From assembly GCA_028693645.1 (NCBI GenBank), contig JAQUUY010000001.1:30318-94317 (forward strand): a DNA stretch of 64,000 bases, in the 5' to 3' direction. Below the pieces are notes generated by a model. That model saw only the letters and a program-made list of their open reading frames with translations, was not told where the DNA came from and searched no databases. Below, piece by piece: positions 19,757-30,745 of the stretch (the first letter of the stretch is position 1; every line of letters begins with the position of its first letter). The position numbers were made by a program, and so were the translations under genes. Origin of the DNA: Eubacteriales bacterium. GTDB taxonomy: Bacteria > Bacillota > Clostridia > Peptostreptococcales > Anaerovoracaceae.

Positions 19757-21283
19757 ATGGAAAAATACATTATGGCGTTAGATCAGGGAACGACGAGCTC
19801 ACGTTGTATTTTGTTTGCAAAAGACGGCACACAAGCTGCGTTTGCACAAAAAGAATTTGCGCAGATCTATCCGAAGCCGGGCTGGGTCGAGCAAGATGCG
19901 ATGGAAATCTGGGGAACTCAAATGGGAGTCGCCCAAGAAGCGATGCAAACCCTCGGCGCCACCTATGAACAGATTGAAGCAATCGGAATCACAAATCAAA
20001 GAGAAACATGTATCGTTTGGGATAAAAACACCGGTAAACCTGTATACAACGCTATTGTATGGCAGTGTCGCCGCACAAGTGAGTATTGTTCGAAGCTTAA
20101 GGAACGCGGATTAACGGAACAAATTCAAAGAAAGACGGGATTGCTTCCGGATCCCTATTTTTCGGCGACCAAACTTCATTGGATCCTCGAAAACGTAAAA
20201 GATGCAAGAGAAAAGGCAGAAAACGGAGACTTGCTTTTTGGAACGGTTGATACTTGGTTGATATGGAATTTGACAAAAGGTAAGAGCCACGCAACCGATG
20301 TATCCAATGCCTCAAGGACGATGCTATATAATATCAATGATCTTACTTGGGATAAAGATCTTCTTTTAGAATTCAATATACCGCAAACGATGTTGCCGGA
20401 TGTAAAAGATACGAATGCTTTTTTTGGTGAAACGGATCCTGCCTTGTTTGGAGGAGGGATTCCCATCCTCGCTGCGGTAGGGGATCAACAGAGCGCCTTG
20501 TTTGGCCATGGTTGTGTCACGGGAGGCAGTGCAAAAAACACCTTTGGCACCGGTGGCTTTCTTTTAATGAACACCGGAGAAAACCCCGTATATTCTTCAA
20601 ATCGCTTGTTGACGACGATTGCTTGGAGAATTGACGGAAAGCTGAATTATGCGCTTGAAGGTTCTGTTTTTGTTGCCGGTGCGGCGATACAATGGCTACG
20701 CGATGAACTCAAGTTAATCGATTCTTCTCGAGAGTCTGAAGAATGTGCACTAAAAGTAAAGGATACAAACGGAGTCTATTTTGTGCCGGCATTTGTCGGG
20801 CTTGGGGCGCCTTATTGGGAAGCGGAAGCAAGAGGCAGCATTTTTGGTCTGACTCGAGGGGCAAACAAAGACCACATAATTCGTGCGACCCTTGAATCTT
20901 TGGCCTATCAAACATACGATGTTCTTCATGCGATGGAAGAAGATGCAAAACTCTCGCTAAAGATTCTAAAAACAGATGGAGGCGCGGCATCTAACCGCTT
21001 TTTGCTGCAATTTTTAGCGGATATCACGAGCGTTCCCGTGGAGCACCCAAAGAACAGCGAGCGAACTGCATTTGGCGCGGCAAAACTTGCAGGTTTAGCG
21101 AGTGGGTTTTGGATTGATTATGAAGCCAAACAAGAAAAGCTTGAAGAAGTTGAACTTTATTCTCCCGCGATTGAAGCATTGAAAAGGAAGACTCTTTTAG
21201 AGGGCTGGAAACGTGCCATTGATTGCAGCTTGTATTATGCACAGACGGCGAAGAAGGAAGGAGCGGACAGCAATGAAATTTGA
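19757..21283 (+). CDS. glpK: glycerol kinase
   Basis: N-terminus [13 protein letters not shown] of the FGGY kinase family. ATG 19757 follows AGGAGGG. Confidence 0.95.
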   Translation: MEKYIMALDQGTTSSRCILFAKDGTQAAFAQKEFAQIYPKPGWVEQDAMEIWGTQMGVAQEAMQTLGATYEQIEAIGITNQRETCIVWDKNTGKPVYNAIVWQCRRTSEYCSKLKERGLTEQIQRKTGLLPDPYFSATKLHWILENVKDAREKAENGDLLFGTVDTWLIWNLTKGKSHATDVSNASRTMLYNINDLTWDKDLLLEFNIPQTMLPDVKDTNAFFGETDPALFGGGIPILAAVGDQQSALFGHGCVTGGSAKNTFGTGGFLLMNTGENPVYSSNRLLTTIAWRIDGKLNYALEGSVFVAGAAIQWLRDELKLIDSSRESEECALKVKDTNGVYFVPAFVGLGAPYWEAEARGSIFGLTRGANKDHIIRATLESLAYQTYDVLHAMEEDAKLSLKILKTDGGAASNRFLLQFLADITSVPVEHPKNSERTAFGAAKLAGLASGFWIDYEAKQEKLEEVELYSPAIEALKRKTLLEGWKRAIDCSLYYAQTAKKEGADSNEI

Positions 21284-21575
21284 TCAAACGTATCTAAAAA
21301 TAATCAGAGAAACGCCAAGCTTTTCCTATGTGAAAAGCGATGAAGATCTTGCTTGGTTACTTAATTGCATCGACGGAGAGCTTGTTCCTGCCGAAAGCAT
21401 AAGGAAACCAGAGAACAAAAGCTTTTTCTCTGAAGATGGTTATTACTATATCCTTCTCCCTGATATGCCCAAAATCTTGAGGGTAAATGAAATGCGCGCC
21501 GGTAAGCTTTGCAGCTTTCAGTGTAAATTCCACAGAGATCTGATTGATTACATCACGGAGTGTGAAACACGATAA
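21273..21575 (+). CDS. hypothetical protein (100 aa)
   Basis: ATG 21273 overlaps the glpK stop by 11 nt, with GGAAGGAG upstream. No recognisable domain. Confidence 0.5.
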   Translation: MKFDQTYLKIIRETPSFSYVKSDEDLAWLLNCIDGELVPAESIRKPENKSFFSEDGYYYILLPDMPKILRVNEMRAGKLCSFQCKFHRDLIDYITECETR

Positions 21576-21592
21576 AAATTTGGATAAAACTG

Positions 21593-21621
21593 TTGACAAC
21601 GCTATCCTTTGGTGGTAAATT
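21593..21621 (+). promoter_or_regulatory. sigma-A promoter of the hrcA-grpE-dnaK operon
   Basis: TTGACA, a 17-nt spacer, then TAAATT, immediately upstream of CIRCE. Confidence 0.7.
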
Positions 21622-21631
21622 GAGAATGTGA

Positions 21632-21658
21632 TTAGCACTCACTTGGATAGAGTGCTAA
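21632..21658 (+). promoter_or_regulatory. CIRCE operator (HrcA binding site)
   Basis: TTAGCACTC-N9-GAGTGCTAA, a perfect match to the CIRCE consensus. Confidence 0.95.
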
Positions 21659-21676
21659 CAAAACAGGGGGCGTACA

Positions 21677-22720
21677 ATGGATCTAAATGAAAGAAAACTG
21701 AAGATACTGCATGCGATCGTATCTGATTTCATTCATTCTGCAGAACCGATCGGATCTCGCACTTTGTCTCGGAAGTATAGCATGGGCATCAGTCCGGCTA
21801 CCATTCGAAACGAAATGTCTGATCTGGAAGAGATGGGTTTTTTGACGCACCCTTACACTTCGGCGGGAAGAGTCCCTTCTTCAAAAGCGTACCGACTCTA
21901 TGTGAACGACCTGATGAAGCGCTACGAACTGTCCGATGGTGAAAAAAAGACGATTGAAGACAAACTGACCAATGGTCTTGCCGAATTTGACCGAACAATC
22001 GAACATGCCGCGAAGCTTCTGTCGGAAATGACAAATCTGATTTCCTTTGCGATTACACCAAAACAGGAAGAAGACAAATTGAAATATATCAATTTAATTC
22101 CTGTTGATGAAAACACTGTTGTGTTGATGATCGTAGCCGAAAGCGGAAAAGTCTCAAACACGGCATTGAAGCTGAAAGTTCCTTATAATGAAGAGCGCCT
22201 ATCTTTTTTAGCGAAAGTAATGACCTATAATTATAGAGGAAAAACAATCTCAAATATTATGACGATGGATATCATCAAAGACTTTGAGTCCGACATGGAA
22301 GCCTTGAGTCAACTTGCCGGGTCGATTATGCCTAAGTTTATGAACACGCTTGAGGGAATGATGGATGTCGAACTATATCTTGATGGATTGACAAACATTT
22401 TCGCAATACCGGAGTACAACGATATTGAAAGAGCAAAACTGATTCTAGAAATGTTCAACCGCAAGCAAGCCTTTACTGATTTGTTGATCAACAGAGACAG
22501 CGGAATGATCATAACGATTGGCGATGAAAACTCGGACAAAGTACTCCAAGATTGCAGCTTGATTACAGCGACCTATCGAATCAACGGAAAATTAATCGGA
22601 AAGCTTGGCGTTATTGGACCGACCAGAATGAAATACGATGAGATCACTTCGGTGATTGAATACATGACAGACAATTTAAGTACAGCATACGAACTAACTG
22701 GAGGGGAAGAGGATGAATAA
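21677..22720 (+). CDS. hrcA: heat-inducible transcription repressor HrcA
   Basis: 347 aa. N-terminal winged helix (ERKLKILHAIV...EPIGSRTL). Sits upstream of grpE. Confidence 0.95.
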   Translation: MDLNERKLKILHAIVSDFIHSAEPIGSRTLSRKYSMGISPATIRNEMSDLEEMGFLTHPYTSAGRVPSSKAYRLYVNDLMKRYELSDGEKKTIEDKLTNGLAEFDRTIEHAAKLLSEMTNLISFAITPKQEEDKLKYINLIPVDENTVVLMIVAESGKVSNTALKLKVPYNEERLSFLAKVMTYNYRGKTISNIMTMDIIKDFESDMEALSQLAGSIMPKFMNTLEGMMDVELYLDGLTNIFAIPEYNDIERAKLILEMFNRKQAFTDLLINRDSGMIITIGDENSDKVLQDCSLITATYRINGKLIGKLGVIGPTRMKYDEITSVIEYMTDNLSTAYELTGGEEDE

Positions 22721-23264
22721 GGGGCACAAAGCGGATCCGGAAGCCGATTTGAAAGAAAAGGCAGAGCATAAAAAGGGTCACGCAAAAAGTGAAAAAGAAA
22801 CAGCAGGGGAAGCAAAAGAGCCTGAAATAAAAGCAACGGAAAACGTCGAAGTGGAGGAAGAATTACAAGTGCGGTATTTAAGACTGGCCGCCGATTTTCA
22901 AAACTTTAAGCGTCGTACCGAAAAAGAAAAAAGCGACATTTATGCATTTGCCAACGAGAAACTCATGACAGAGCTGCTCGATGTAACAGATAACTTAGAA
23001 AGGGCGCTTTCAACAGCAGCACCGGACAACACCCTTGCCGAAGGAATCGATATGGTGCTAAAACAACTGAAGGGAGTATTGGAAAAAAACGGTTTAGAAG
23101 AAATCAAGGCAGACGGGGAAGCCTTTGACCCCAACTTCCATCATGCAGTCATGGTAGAGGCTGAGGAAAACCGCGAAAGTGGTGAAATCACAACTGTACT
23201 ACAAAAGGGGTATCTACTAAATAAAAAAGTAATCCGTCCGGCAATGGTCAAAGTTGCCGAGTAA
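22713..23264 (+). CDS. grpE: nucleotide exchange factor GrpE
   Basis: 183 aa, RLAADFQNFKRR motif. Overlaps hrcA by 8 nt. Confidence 0.95.
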   Translation: MNKGHKADPEADLKEKAEHKKGHAKSEKETAGEAKEPEIKATENVEVEEELQVRYLRLAADFQNFKRRTEKEKSDIYAFANEKLMTELLDVTDNLERALSTAAPDNTLAEGIDMVLKQLKGVLEKNGLEEIKADGEAFDPNFHHAVMVEAEENRESGEITTVLQKGYLLNKKVIRPAMVKVAE

Positions 23265-23314
23265 ATCAGTAAAAAACGAATCAAAAACATAACCGAACAA
23301 TAGGAGGTAACAAA

Positions 23315-25204
23315 ATGGGTAAAGTAATTGGAATCGATCTTGGAACAACAAATTCATGTGTATCTGTACTGGAAGGTGGAGATCCCGTTGTCATTCCAAA
23401 CGCAGAGGGAAACAGAACCACCCCGTCCGTCGTCGCATTTGCGAAAAACGGCGAAAGATTAGTTGGTGAAACAGCGAAACGTCAGGCCATCACAAATCCT
23501 GACAGAACCATTTCTTCAATCAAAAGACACATGGGAACGGATCACAAGGTTGAAATTGACGGAAAAAGCTACACACCGCAGGATATTTCTGCTATGATTC
23601 TTGCGAAGCTTAAGGCCGATGCAGAAGCGTATCTCGGAGAAAAAATCAGCGAAGCAGTCATTACAGTGCCTGCATATTTCACAGACAGTCAGAAACAAGC
23701 CACAAAGGATGCGGGTAAGATTGCAGGATTAGACGTTAAGAGAATCATCAACGAGCCAACGGCCGCTTCTCTTGCCTATGGTCTTGATAAAGACGCAACA
23801 CATCATAAGATCCTTGTGTATGACCTTGGAGGCGGAACCTTCGACGTATCTGTTCTCGAACTTGGCGACGGTGTTTTCGAAGTACTTGCAACCAATGGTA
23901 ACAACAAACTAGGTGGAGATGATTTTGATGATATCCTCATGAACTTTATTGCGGACAGTTTCGCAAAAGAGAACGGAGTAGATCTCAGAAAAGACAAAAT
24001 GGCACTGCAAAGACTGAAAGAAGCAGCTGAAAAAGCAAAAAAAGAACTTTCGGCATCACAGACCACCAATATCAATCTGCCGTTCATCACAGTAAACACA
24101 GATGGACCGTTGCATTTGAATATGGATATCACAAGAGCAAAATTTGATCAACTGACAGGAAGCCTTGTTGAAAAAACAATCGATCCGATGAGAAAAGCGA
24201 TGTCTGATGCAAACGTCACTACCGCTGATCTTGAAAAAGTCATCCTCGTCGGTGGATCTACCAGAATCCCCGCGGTACAGGATGCCGTAAAGAAGATCAC
24301 AGGCAAAGATCCGTTTAAGGGAATCAATCCGGACGAATGTGTAGCAATTGGTGCTGCAATCCAAGCCGGAGTCCTCACGGGCGAAGTAAAAGACGTCCTT
24401 CTTCTCGACGTTACTCCGCTTTCGCTTTCGATTGAAACTCTCGGCGGCGTTGCAACGAGATTGATCGAAAGAAACACAACCATCCCGACAAAGAAGAGCC
24501 AGACCTTCTCGACTGCGGCCGACAATCAGAGCGCTGTTGACATCCATGTTATGCAAGGCGAAAGAGAAATGGCGGCAGGAAACATCACACTTGGACGCTT
24601 CCAGCTCACAGGAATTCCGCCGGCCCCGCGTGGAGTACCGCAGATCGAAGTCACGTTTGACATCGATGCAAACGGTATCGTGAATGTCAGTGCAAAAGAT
24701 CTTGGAACCGGAAGAGAGCAAAGAATCACAATCACATCGTCCACAAAGCTCTCGGATGACGAAATCAAACAAAAGATTAAAGAAGCGGAACAGTTCGCTG
24801 ATGAAGATAAAAAGCACAAAGAAGAAGTGGAAACCAGAAATCGCGCCGAGACTCTTGTTTATGAAACAGAGAAATCTCTCAAAGATCTTGAAGGCAGCTT
24901 GAGCGAAGAAGAAAAGAGCCAAATCACTGCGGCAAAAGATGATCTGAGTCAGGCTCTCGACAATGGCACAATAGAAAGCATCAAGGAAAAAACGGAAGTT
25001 CTAACCGAGAAATTCCACACTATTTCTGCTAAAATGTATGAAAAAGCACAGCAGGCACAAGGTGGAGCTGACCCGAACATGGGCGGAGAAGGATTTGATC
25101 CGGGCAATATGGGTGGCGCAGCCGCCGATGATAATTCTTCTGCTGCAGGAGACAATGTCGTTGATGCAGACTACGAAGTAGTCGATGAAGACAAGAAAAA
25201 CTAA
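23315..25204 (+). CDS. dnaK: molecular chaperone DnaK
   Basis: [17 protein letters not shown] and the other Hsp70 signatures. Confidence 0.99.
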   Translation: MGKVIGIDLGTTNSCVSVLEGGDPVVIPNAEGNRTTPSVVAFAKNGERLVGETAKRQAITNPDRTISSIKRHMGTDHKVEIDGKSYTPQDISAMILAKLKADAEAYLGEKISEAVITVPAYFTDSQKQATKDAGKIAGLDVKRIINEPTAASLAYGLDKDATHHKILVYDLGGGTFDVSVLELGDGVFEVLATNGNNKLGGDDFDDILMNFIADSFAKENGVDLRKDKMALQRLKEAAEKAKKELSASQTTNINLPFITVNTDGPLHLNMDITRAKFDQLTGSLVEKTIDPMRKAMSDANVTTADLEKVILVGGSTRIPAVQDAVKKITGKDPFKGINPDECVAIGAAIQAGVLTGEVKDVLLLDVTPLSLSIETLGGVATRLIERNTTIPTKKSQTFSTAADNQSAVDIHVMQGEREMAAGNITLGRFQLTGIPPAPRGVPQIEVTFDIDANGIVNVSAKDLGTGREQRITITSSTKLSDDEIKQKIKEAEQFADEDKKHKEEVETRNRAETLVYETEKSLKDLEGSLSEEEKSQITAAKDDLSQALDNGTIESIKEKTEVLTEKFHTISAKMYEKAQQAQGGADPNMGGEGFDPGNMGGAAADDNSSAAGDNVVDADYEVVDEDKKN

Positions 25205-25231
25205 GAACTACAGAGCAAATCAATACTTATC

Positions 25232-25256
25232 TGCCGGGATCCAAAAGATCCCGGCA
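25232..25256 (+). terminator. stem-loop between dnaK and dnaJ (attenuator or processing site)
   Basis: Perfect 10-bp stem TGCCGGGATC/GATCCCGGCA with a 5-nt loop. There is no T-run, so it is not a full terminator. Confidence 0.45.
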
Positions 25257-25286
25257 AATATCATGAGTACGGGGGAATAAAGGTCA

Positions 25287-26441
25287 ATGGCAGAGAATAA
25301 AAGGGATTACTATGAAGTCTTAGGCATTCAAAAAGGCGCTAAGGAAGCAGAAATCAAATCGGCTTTTAGAAAAAAGGCGATGGAGTTTCATCCTGACCGA
25401 AACGCCGGAGACAAGACTGCCGAAGAAAAGTTTAAAGAAGTAAATGAAGCATACGAAGTCCTGTCTAACCCCCAAAAAAAAGACAAGTACGACAGATTTG
25501 GCCACGCAGGGGTCGATCCAAACGCCGGATTTAACGGCGGGGGCTTTGCAGGTGGATTCGGTGGAGGCTTCGAAGATATCTTCGGGGATCTTTTTGGTGG
25601 CATTTTTGGCGGCGGTGGTGGCGGAGGCTATGCACAGTCAAGAAGAAACGGACCGCAAAAAGGTGCCGATCTTCAAAAAAATGTTCGCATCACGTTTGAA
25701 GAAGCGGCTTTTGGTGTGAAAAAAAATATCACGCTCAACAAATACACTGCATGCAAAGACTGCGACGGTAGCGGCGCAGAAAAAGGATCTTCCAAAGCGA
25801 CTTGCCCGGTATGTAACGGAAGCGGTGAAGTCAGAACTACACAAAAAACACCTTTTGGGCAGTTTACTAATGTGCAAGCCTGTAGTCGTTGCGGCGGAAC
25901 CGGTCAAGTGATCGAAAAACCTTGCCAGACTTGCAGTGGCAGCGGGAAAGTTCGTCAACAGGTGACTATCGCTGTCGAAATTCCTGCGGGAGTGGATAAT
26001 GATTCGGTCATTTCTGTCAAAGGACAGGGGGAACCGGGAGCAAAAGGTGGACCAAACGGCGATCTTTATGTCGTCATATCGGTGGAACAACATAGATTGT
26101 TCAAGAGAAAAGGATCTGATCTCTGGTTAGAGATGCCCATTACTTTTGTACAGGCAGCTCTTGGTGATGAAATTATTGTACCGACACTGAAAGAAAAAGT
26201 GAGTTATAAAATACCCGAAGGGACACAACCGGATACCGTGTTCCGTCTCAAAGGGAAGGGCATCAAGTCACTGCGTTCCAGCAAGGTGGGAGACCTTTAT
26301 ATTAGAGTACTTCTTGAGGTTCCTACAAAGCTTTCCTCTGAGGAGAAGAAAGCACTCAAAGCTTTTGGTGATTCTCTTGCAAGTGAAAGACATGGCAATA
26401 GGAAACACTTCCTCGATACAGTGAAAGAACTGTTCAAGTAA
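25287..26441 (+). CDS. dnaJ: molecular chaperone DnaJ
   Basis: J domain with HPD, a G/F-rich region, and four CxxCxGxG zinc-finger repeats. Confidence 0.98.
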   Translation: MAENKRDYYEVLGIQKGAKEAEIKSAFRKKAMEFHPDRNAGDKTAEEKFKEVNEAYEVLSNPQKKDKYDRFGHAGVDPNAGFNGGGFAGGFGGGFEDIFGDLFGGIFGGGGGGGYAQSRRNGPQKGADLQKNVRITFEEAAFGVKKNITLNKYTACKDCDGSGAEKGSSKATCPVCNGSGEVRTTQKTPFGQFTNVQACSRCGGTGQVIEKPCQTCSGSGKVRQQVTIAVEIPAGVDNDSVISVKGQGEPGAKGGPNGDLYVVISVEQHRLFKRKGSDLWLEMPITFVQAALGDEIIVPTLKEKVSYKIPEGTQPDTVFRLKGKGIKSLRSSKVGDLYIRVLLEVPTKLSSEEKKALKAFGDSLASERHGNRKHFLDTVKELFK

Positions 26442-26455
26442 TAACGGGAGATAGT

Positions 26456-27400
26456 ATGGATTATACTGAAATTACGATCTTCACAAATAAAGAAAGCCTT
26501 GACCCGCTTTCCTGCGTCATAACTGACCTGGGAATAGCGGGTTTTGCCGTTGAAGATCCGGCCGATTTCGAAGAGCTTTTAAATAAAAAAAATGCATATG
26601 ATTGGGATTACATCAATGAGGAAATCCTTCCGCAAGAGGGCGACCCTGTTCGAATCACCCTTCATTTTGAAGACACCCTGGAGGGGATGGAACTGATGGA
26701 TCTTGTATTGGAAGAAATCAGACCATTTGATGTCGAAAAAGTAGAGATAAGAAGCGTCTCCGATAATGATTGGAAAGACAAGTGGAAGGAATACTTCAAA
26801 CCCTCCAAAGTCTCGGAACACATTGTCGTAAAACCAAGCTGGGAACCGTATGAAGCAACAAGCCCCGATGAAATGGTGATTGAAATCGATCCGGGTATGG
26901 CGTTCGGTACAGGAACGCATCCTACGACCAGTCTTTGTATCGTGTTATTAGAAAAATATATGCCTTTGGGTGGAGATGTTCTTGATGTTGGCTGTGGATC
27001 GGGTATTTTGTCGATTGCTGCCGAAAAACTTGGCGCCGGTAAGGTCCTTGGTGTCGATATCGATCCGGTGGCGGTGCAGGTTTCTTTGGAAAACGTTGCT
27101 TTAAATGAAGGGCAAAAAAAGATTGAAATTGCCTATGGAGATCTGACAAAAGGAATTTCCTATCGGGCCGACGTTGTGGTTGCAAATCTGATGGCGGATC
27201 TGGTTGTTCTTTTATCAAAAGATGTTGCGAAACACTTGAAGCCTTCGGGAATCTACATTTCTTCGGGAATTTTGATCGAAAAACAGGAAATGGTCGTAGC
27301 TGCATTAAAAGCGCAGGGCTTTGAATTACTTGAAATCTTGGAAAAGGACGAGTGGTGTGCCATTGCTGTGAAATATATCGCTGAGGGAGATCAGGCATGA
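26456..27400 (+). CDS. prmA: ribosomal protein L11 methyltransferase
   Basis: 314 aa. Contains GTGTHPTT and the SAM motif VLDVGCGSGIL. Confidence 0.93.
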   Translation: MDYTEITIFTNKESLDPLSCVITDLGIAGFAVEDPADFEELLNKKNAYDWDYINEEILPQEGDPVRITLHFEDTLEGMELMDLVLEEIRPFDVEKVEIRSVSDNDWKDKWKEYFKPSKVSEHIVVKPSWEPYEATSPDEMVIEIDPGMAFGTGTHPTTSLCIVLLEKYMPLGGDVLDVGCGSGILSIAAEKLGAGKVLGVDIDPVAVQVSLENVALNEGQKKIEIAYGDLTKGISYRADVVVANLMADLVVLLSKDVAKHLKPSGIYISSGILIEKQEMVVAALKAQGFELLEILEKDEWCAIAVKYIAEGDQA

Positions 27401-28137
27401 GCCGATTTTTTGTTGAAAACGCAATAATCAAAGAAGACCTAATTGAGATTATCGATCCTGAAGATATCAAACATATCAGCAAGGTGCTGCGCCTCCGAAT
27501 AGGAGATCAAATCGATGTTTCCGACACAGTTGCTTTTGAATATGAAACAGAAATCGTTTCCATTGAAGCAGGAGTAATCAGAGTACGCATTCTTGCCAAG
27601 CAAAGCTTTACCAGAGAGCCAAAGCTTTGGGTTTCCCTTTACCAAGGGGTTCCCAAACAGGGGAAAATGGAAGAAATCATACAGAAATCAGTTGAACTGG
27701 GTGTTCATGAAATCATACCGCTCATGACGGAACGTACTGTTGTTGATGATAAAAAAAACGTTGATAAAAAGACAGAACGTTGGCAGAGAGTATCTGCTGA
27801 GGCTGTAAAACAATGCAGACGGGGAATCATCCCCAAAATAGGGAACACGAAAAAACTAAGCGAAGCAGTCGAAGATTTTTCAACCTACGATTTGGTTCTC
27901 TTCCCTTATGAAGCAGAACAAAATCAAACAATCAAAACGGTTTTAAAATCATTGGAAACGAAACCCAAAACCATAGCATTCGTGATTGGTCCGGAAGGTG
28001 GTTTTTCAAAAGAAGAAGCGAAAACCATTATTTCTCGAGGAGGTCAATCGGTTTCACTTGGAAAAACGATACTGCGCACTGAAACGGCGGGACCGGCCAG
28101 TCTTGCAATGATTTTCTATGAGTTGGAGTTGGAATGA
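27397..28137 (+). CDS. rsmE: 16S rRNA (uracil1498-N3)-methyltransferase
   Basis: 246 aa with a SPOUT C-terminus (IGPEGGFS..., ILRTETA). ATGA overlap with prmA. Confidence 0.9.
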   Translation: MSRFFVENAIIKEDLIEIIDPEDIKHISKVLRLRIGDQIDVSDTVAFEYETEIVSIEAGVIRVRILAKQSFTREPKLWVSLYQGVPKQGKMEEIIQKSVELGVHEIIPLMTERTVVDDKKNVDKKTERWQRVSAEAVKQCRRGIIPKIGNTKKLSEAVEDFSTYDLVLFPYEAEQNQTIKTVLKSLETKPKTIAFVIGPEGGFSKEEAKTIISRGGQSVSLGKTILRTETAGPASLAMIFYELELE

Positions 28138-29483
28138 AAAAAATTGCTTTTTATACGCTTGGTTGCAAAGTCAATCAATATGAGACGCAAGCATTAAAAG
28201 AAAAATTTGTTTCCCTTGGATATGAAATCGTAGGAGAACAAGAGATTGCTGATGTTTACGTAATCAATACCTGCACTGTGACAGGACTTGCTGACAGAAA
28301 ATCAAGGCAGTATATCAGACGGATAAAAAAGAATCATCCGCAGAGCATCACTGCGGTGATAGGTTGCTATGCACAAACGCGTCCCGAGGAGGTCAAAGCC
28401 ATCGACGGAGTGGATATTGTGCTTGGAACCAATGAGAAGAATAACTTGCCGAATTATGTCGAAGCCTTTTTTGAAAATAGAGGTGAGCAACTTTCTCATA
28501 TCAAAGCCTATGAAGAACTGAACGAATACGAAGAAACCGGTGTGATTACCTCGATGGAATCGAGAACCCGGGCCTACCTCAAGATTCAAGAAGGCTGCAA
28601 TCAGTTTTGTTCTTATTGCATCATTCCTGTTGCCAGAGGAAGTATCAGAAGTCGTCGGCTGGAAGAAATAAAAAAAGAAGCAGAGAATTTGATTGCAAAG
28701 GGATTTAAAGAAATAGTAATCACTGGCATTAATACAGCACTATACGGAGCGGAAAACGTCTTGAAATCAACAGGAGAAGGCGAAGAAGCCGTTTTCGGAG
28801 TGGAGGCCGTAATTCGTTTGCTGAATGAAATCCCCGGAGAATTCAGGATACGATTGGGGTCTTTAGAACCTACCGTAATTAATGCAGCCTATGTGAAAAG
28901 ACTGCTTACCTATGAAAAACTTTGTCCACATATGCATCTATCGTTGCAAAGCGGAAGCGACAAGATTCTTTCGTTGATGAATCGCCACTATAATCGAGAG
29001 GCTTATCAAGAAATCGTCAAGGTGCTTCGCCAACATGATCCTGGTTATGGCCTGTCGACGGACATTATTGTTGGTTTTCCGGGTGAAACGGAGAATGACT
29101 TTAATGAGAGCGTTGATCTTGTTGAAAAAATCGGATACAGCAAAGTACACGTTTTCCCTTATTCTCAAAGGGAAGGGACCCGTGCGGCAGGTTTCTCAGA
29201 TCAAATCTCTCCAAAAGTGAAAAAGGAACGAGCCGCAAAATTGACGGCGAAATCAGAAGCTGCGGCCATAAAGTTCCACCAAAGTCTTTGCGGAACAACA
29301 AGAAAGGTTCTTTTTGAAGAATACAGCGAAAAGGATAGCGAAATACAAGGTTTGTCAGATAATTATATACGTATCTACTGTTCGGTAAGTGATGCTCAAA
29401 AAGCGGAAGCGCTCTTACATCGTTTCGCAGACGTCCAGCTAATCACTCCTTATAAAGATGGGATAAAAGGGGATTGCAGATAG
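28134..29483 (+). CDS. mtaB: tRNA (N6-threonylcarbamoyladenosine37-C2)-methylthiotransferase
   Basis: N-terminal UPF0004 Cys triad and radical-SAM CNQFCSYC. Occupies the position of B. subtilis yqeV. Confidence 0.9.
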   Translation: MKKIAFYTLGCKVNQYETQALKEKFVSLGYEIVGEQEIADVYVINTCTVTGLADRKSRQYIRRIKKNHPQSITAVIGCYAQTRPEEVKAIDGVDIVLGTNEKNNLPNYVEAFFENRGEQLSHIKAYEELNEYEETGVITSMESRTRAYLKIQEGCNQFCSYCIIPVARGSIRSRRLEEIKKEAENLIAKGFKEIVITGINTALYGAENVLKSTGEGEEAVFGVEAVIRLLNEIPGEFRIRLGSLEPTVINAAYVKRLLTYEKLCPHMHLSLQSGSDKILSLMNRHYNREAYQEIVKVLRQHDPGYGLSTDIIVGFPGETENDFNESVDLVEKIGYSKVHVFPYSQREGTRAAGFSDQISPKVKKERAAKLTAKSEAAAIKFHQSLCGTTRKVLFEEYSEKDSEIQGLSDNYIRIYCSVSDAQKAEALLHRFADVQLITPYKDGIKGDCR

Positions 29484-29552
29484 GGAACGAAAGGTGTATT
29501 ATGATTTGGCACGCACTTTGATGCGTAAGAGATTGGTAGGTGAAAAACAGAG

Positions 29553-29894
29553 ATGGATAATTGCATTTTTTGCAAGATTATTGACAAAGAGATTCCTGCG
29601 GATATCATTTATGAAGATGATGTAATCCTTGCATTTCATGATCTTGAACCACAGGCTCCCGTACATCTGCTTATCGTTCCGAAGAAACATCTGACATCAC
29701 TTGATGATGTTGAATTTGAGGATATCGATGCACTGGGTTGGTTGATGGCAAAGGTAAAAGATATTGCAGCTTCTCAGGGAATCGAAACCGGTTATCGTTT
29801 AGTATGTAACTGCGGTGAAGATGCCATGCAAACCGTGAAGCATTTACATTTTCATCTGCTTGGCAAGAGGAAAATGCTTTGGCCTCCGGGCTGA
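29553..29894 (+). CDS. histidine triad (HIT) nucleotide-binding protein
   Basis: 113 aa. CIFCKI N-terminus and the HLHFHLLG triad. Confidence 0.92.
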   Translation: MDNCIFCKIIDKEIPADIIYEDDVILAFHDLEPQAPVHLLIVPKKHLTSLDDVEFEDIDALGWLMAKVKDIAASQGIETGYRLVCNCGEDAMQTVKHLHFHLLGKRKMLWPPG

Positions 29895-29915
29895 GTAAAG
29901 GATAGAAATATTTGA

Positions 29916-29944
29916 CTTGATTATTAGCACATTTCTGTGTATAA
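29916..29944 (+). promoter_or_regulatory. sigma-A promoter for rpsU-yqeY
   Basis: TTGATT, a 17-nt spacer, then TATAAT. Confidence 0.55.
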
Positions 29945-30057
29945 TAGATTCGTTGTAGACTATGCCGTTCAGATTGCTTCGGCATAGTTCCAGATTAGCG
30001 GAACCCGAAGCAAAGCGCATCTTTAGTCCAAGATACGAGGGGAGGGATAAAGAAGAA

Positions 30058-30237
30058 ATGGCACAGGTCGTTGTAAGAGAAGGTGAAAACCTCGAAAGCG
30101 CTCTGAAAAGATTCAAGCGTTCATGCGCGAGAGATGGAGTGATGTCCGAACTGAGAAAGAGAGAACATTACGAAAAGCCCAGCGTGAAGAGAAAGAAAAA
30201 ATCAGAAGCAGCACGTAAAAAAGCAAAGAAATTCTAA
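30058..30237 (+). CDS. rpsU: 30S ribosomal protein S21
   Basis: 59 aa ([21 protein letters not shown]...). ATG 30058 follows GGGGAGGGA. The track's longer ORF includes the leader. Confidence 0.96.
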   Translation: MAQVVVREGENLESALKRFKRSCARDGVMSELRKREHYEKPSVKRKKKSEAARKKAKKF

Positions 30238-30276
30238 AAATGTACCAATGATTAGTTAGTAAAGAAGGTGTAGCGA

Positions 30277-30723
30277 ATGTCTCTAAAGGATAGACTGGCC
30301 GACGACTATAAGGAAGCCATGAAAGCAAAGGATGAGATTCGCAAAAATACTGTGATTTTTGCCCGTGCGGCTGTGAAGCAGTACGAGGTGGATCACAGGG
30401 TAGAGCTTGACGAAGCGGGAGTCATTGACATCCTGGCAAAGCAGATTAAAATGAGAAGAGATGCCCTCTCTGATTTTGAGAAAGCAGGACGAACGGATCT
30501 TTCAGAAGCCTACAACAAAGAAATAGACATCTTGTTGCAGTATATGCCAAAACAATTGACGGAGGAGGAGATTCTTTCAATCGTCAAGGAAGTTGCAAAA
30601 GAACTCGGACTTGAGGACGGAAAGCAAAGTATGGGGAAACTCATCGGCGCCGTGATGCCAAAGGTAAAGGGTCGTGCAGATGGCAATATCGTCAAAAAGA
30701 TTGTCGAAACTGTGCTCTCGTAG
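30277..30723 (+). CDS. yqeY: GatB/YqeY domain-containing protein
   Basis: 148 aa with a typical YqeY sequence (LKDRLADDYKEAMKAKDE...). Synteny after rpsU. Confidence 0.9.
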   Translation: MSLKDRLADDYKEAMKAKDEIRKNTVIFARAAVKQYEVDHRVELDEAGVIDILAKQIKMRRDALSDFEKAGRTDLSEAYNKEIDILLQYMPKQLTEEEILSIVKEVAKELGLEDGKQSMGKLIGAVMPKVKGRADGNIVKKIVETVLS

Positions 30724-30745
30724 CACAATACAATGTAATAACATG

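Noticed and set aside
24056-24922. 288-aa minus-strand ORF (with neighbours at 24148..24525 and 24526..24819).
   Set aside because: It is entirely antisense to dnaK, whose identity is unambiguous. It has no RBS, and its low-complexity Cys/Arg/Phe-rich translation is typical of shadow frames.
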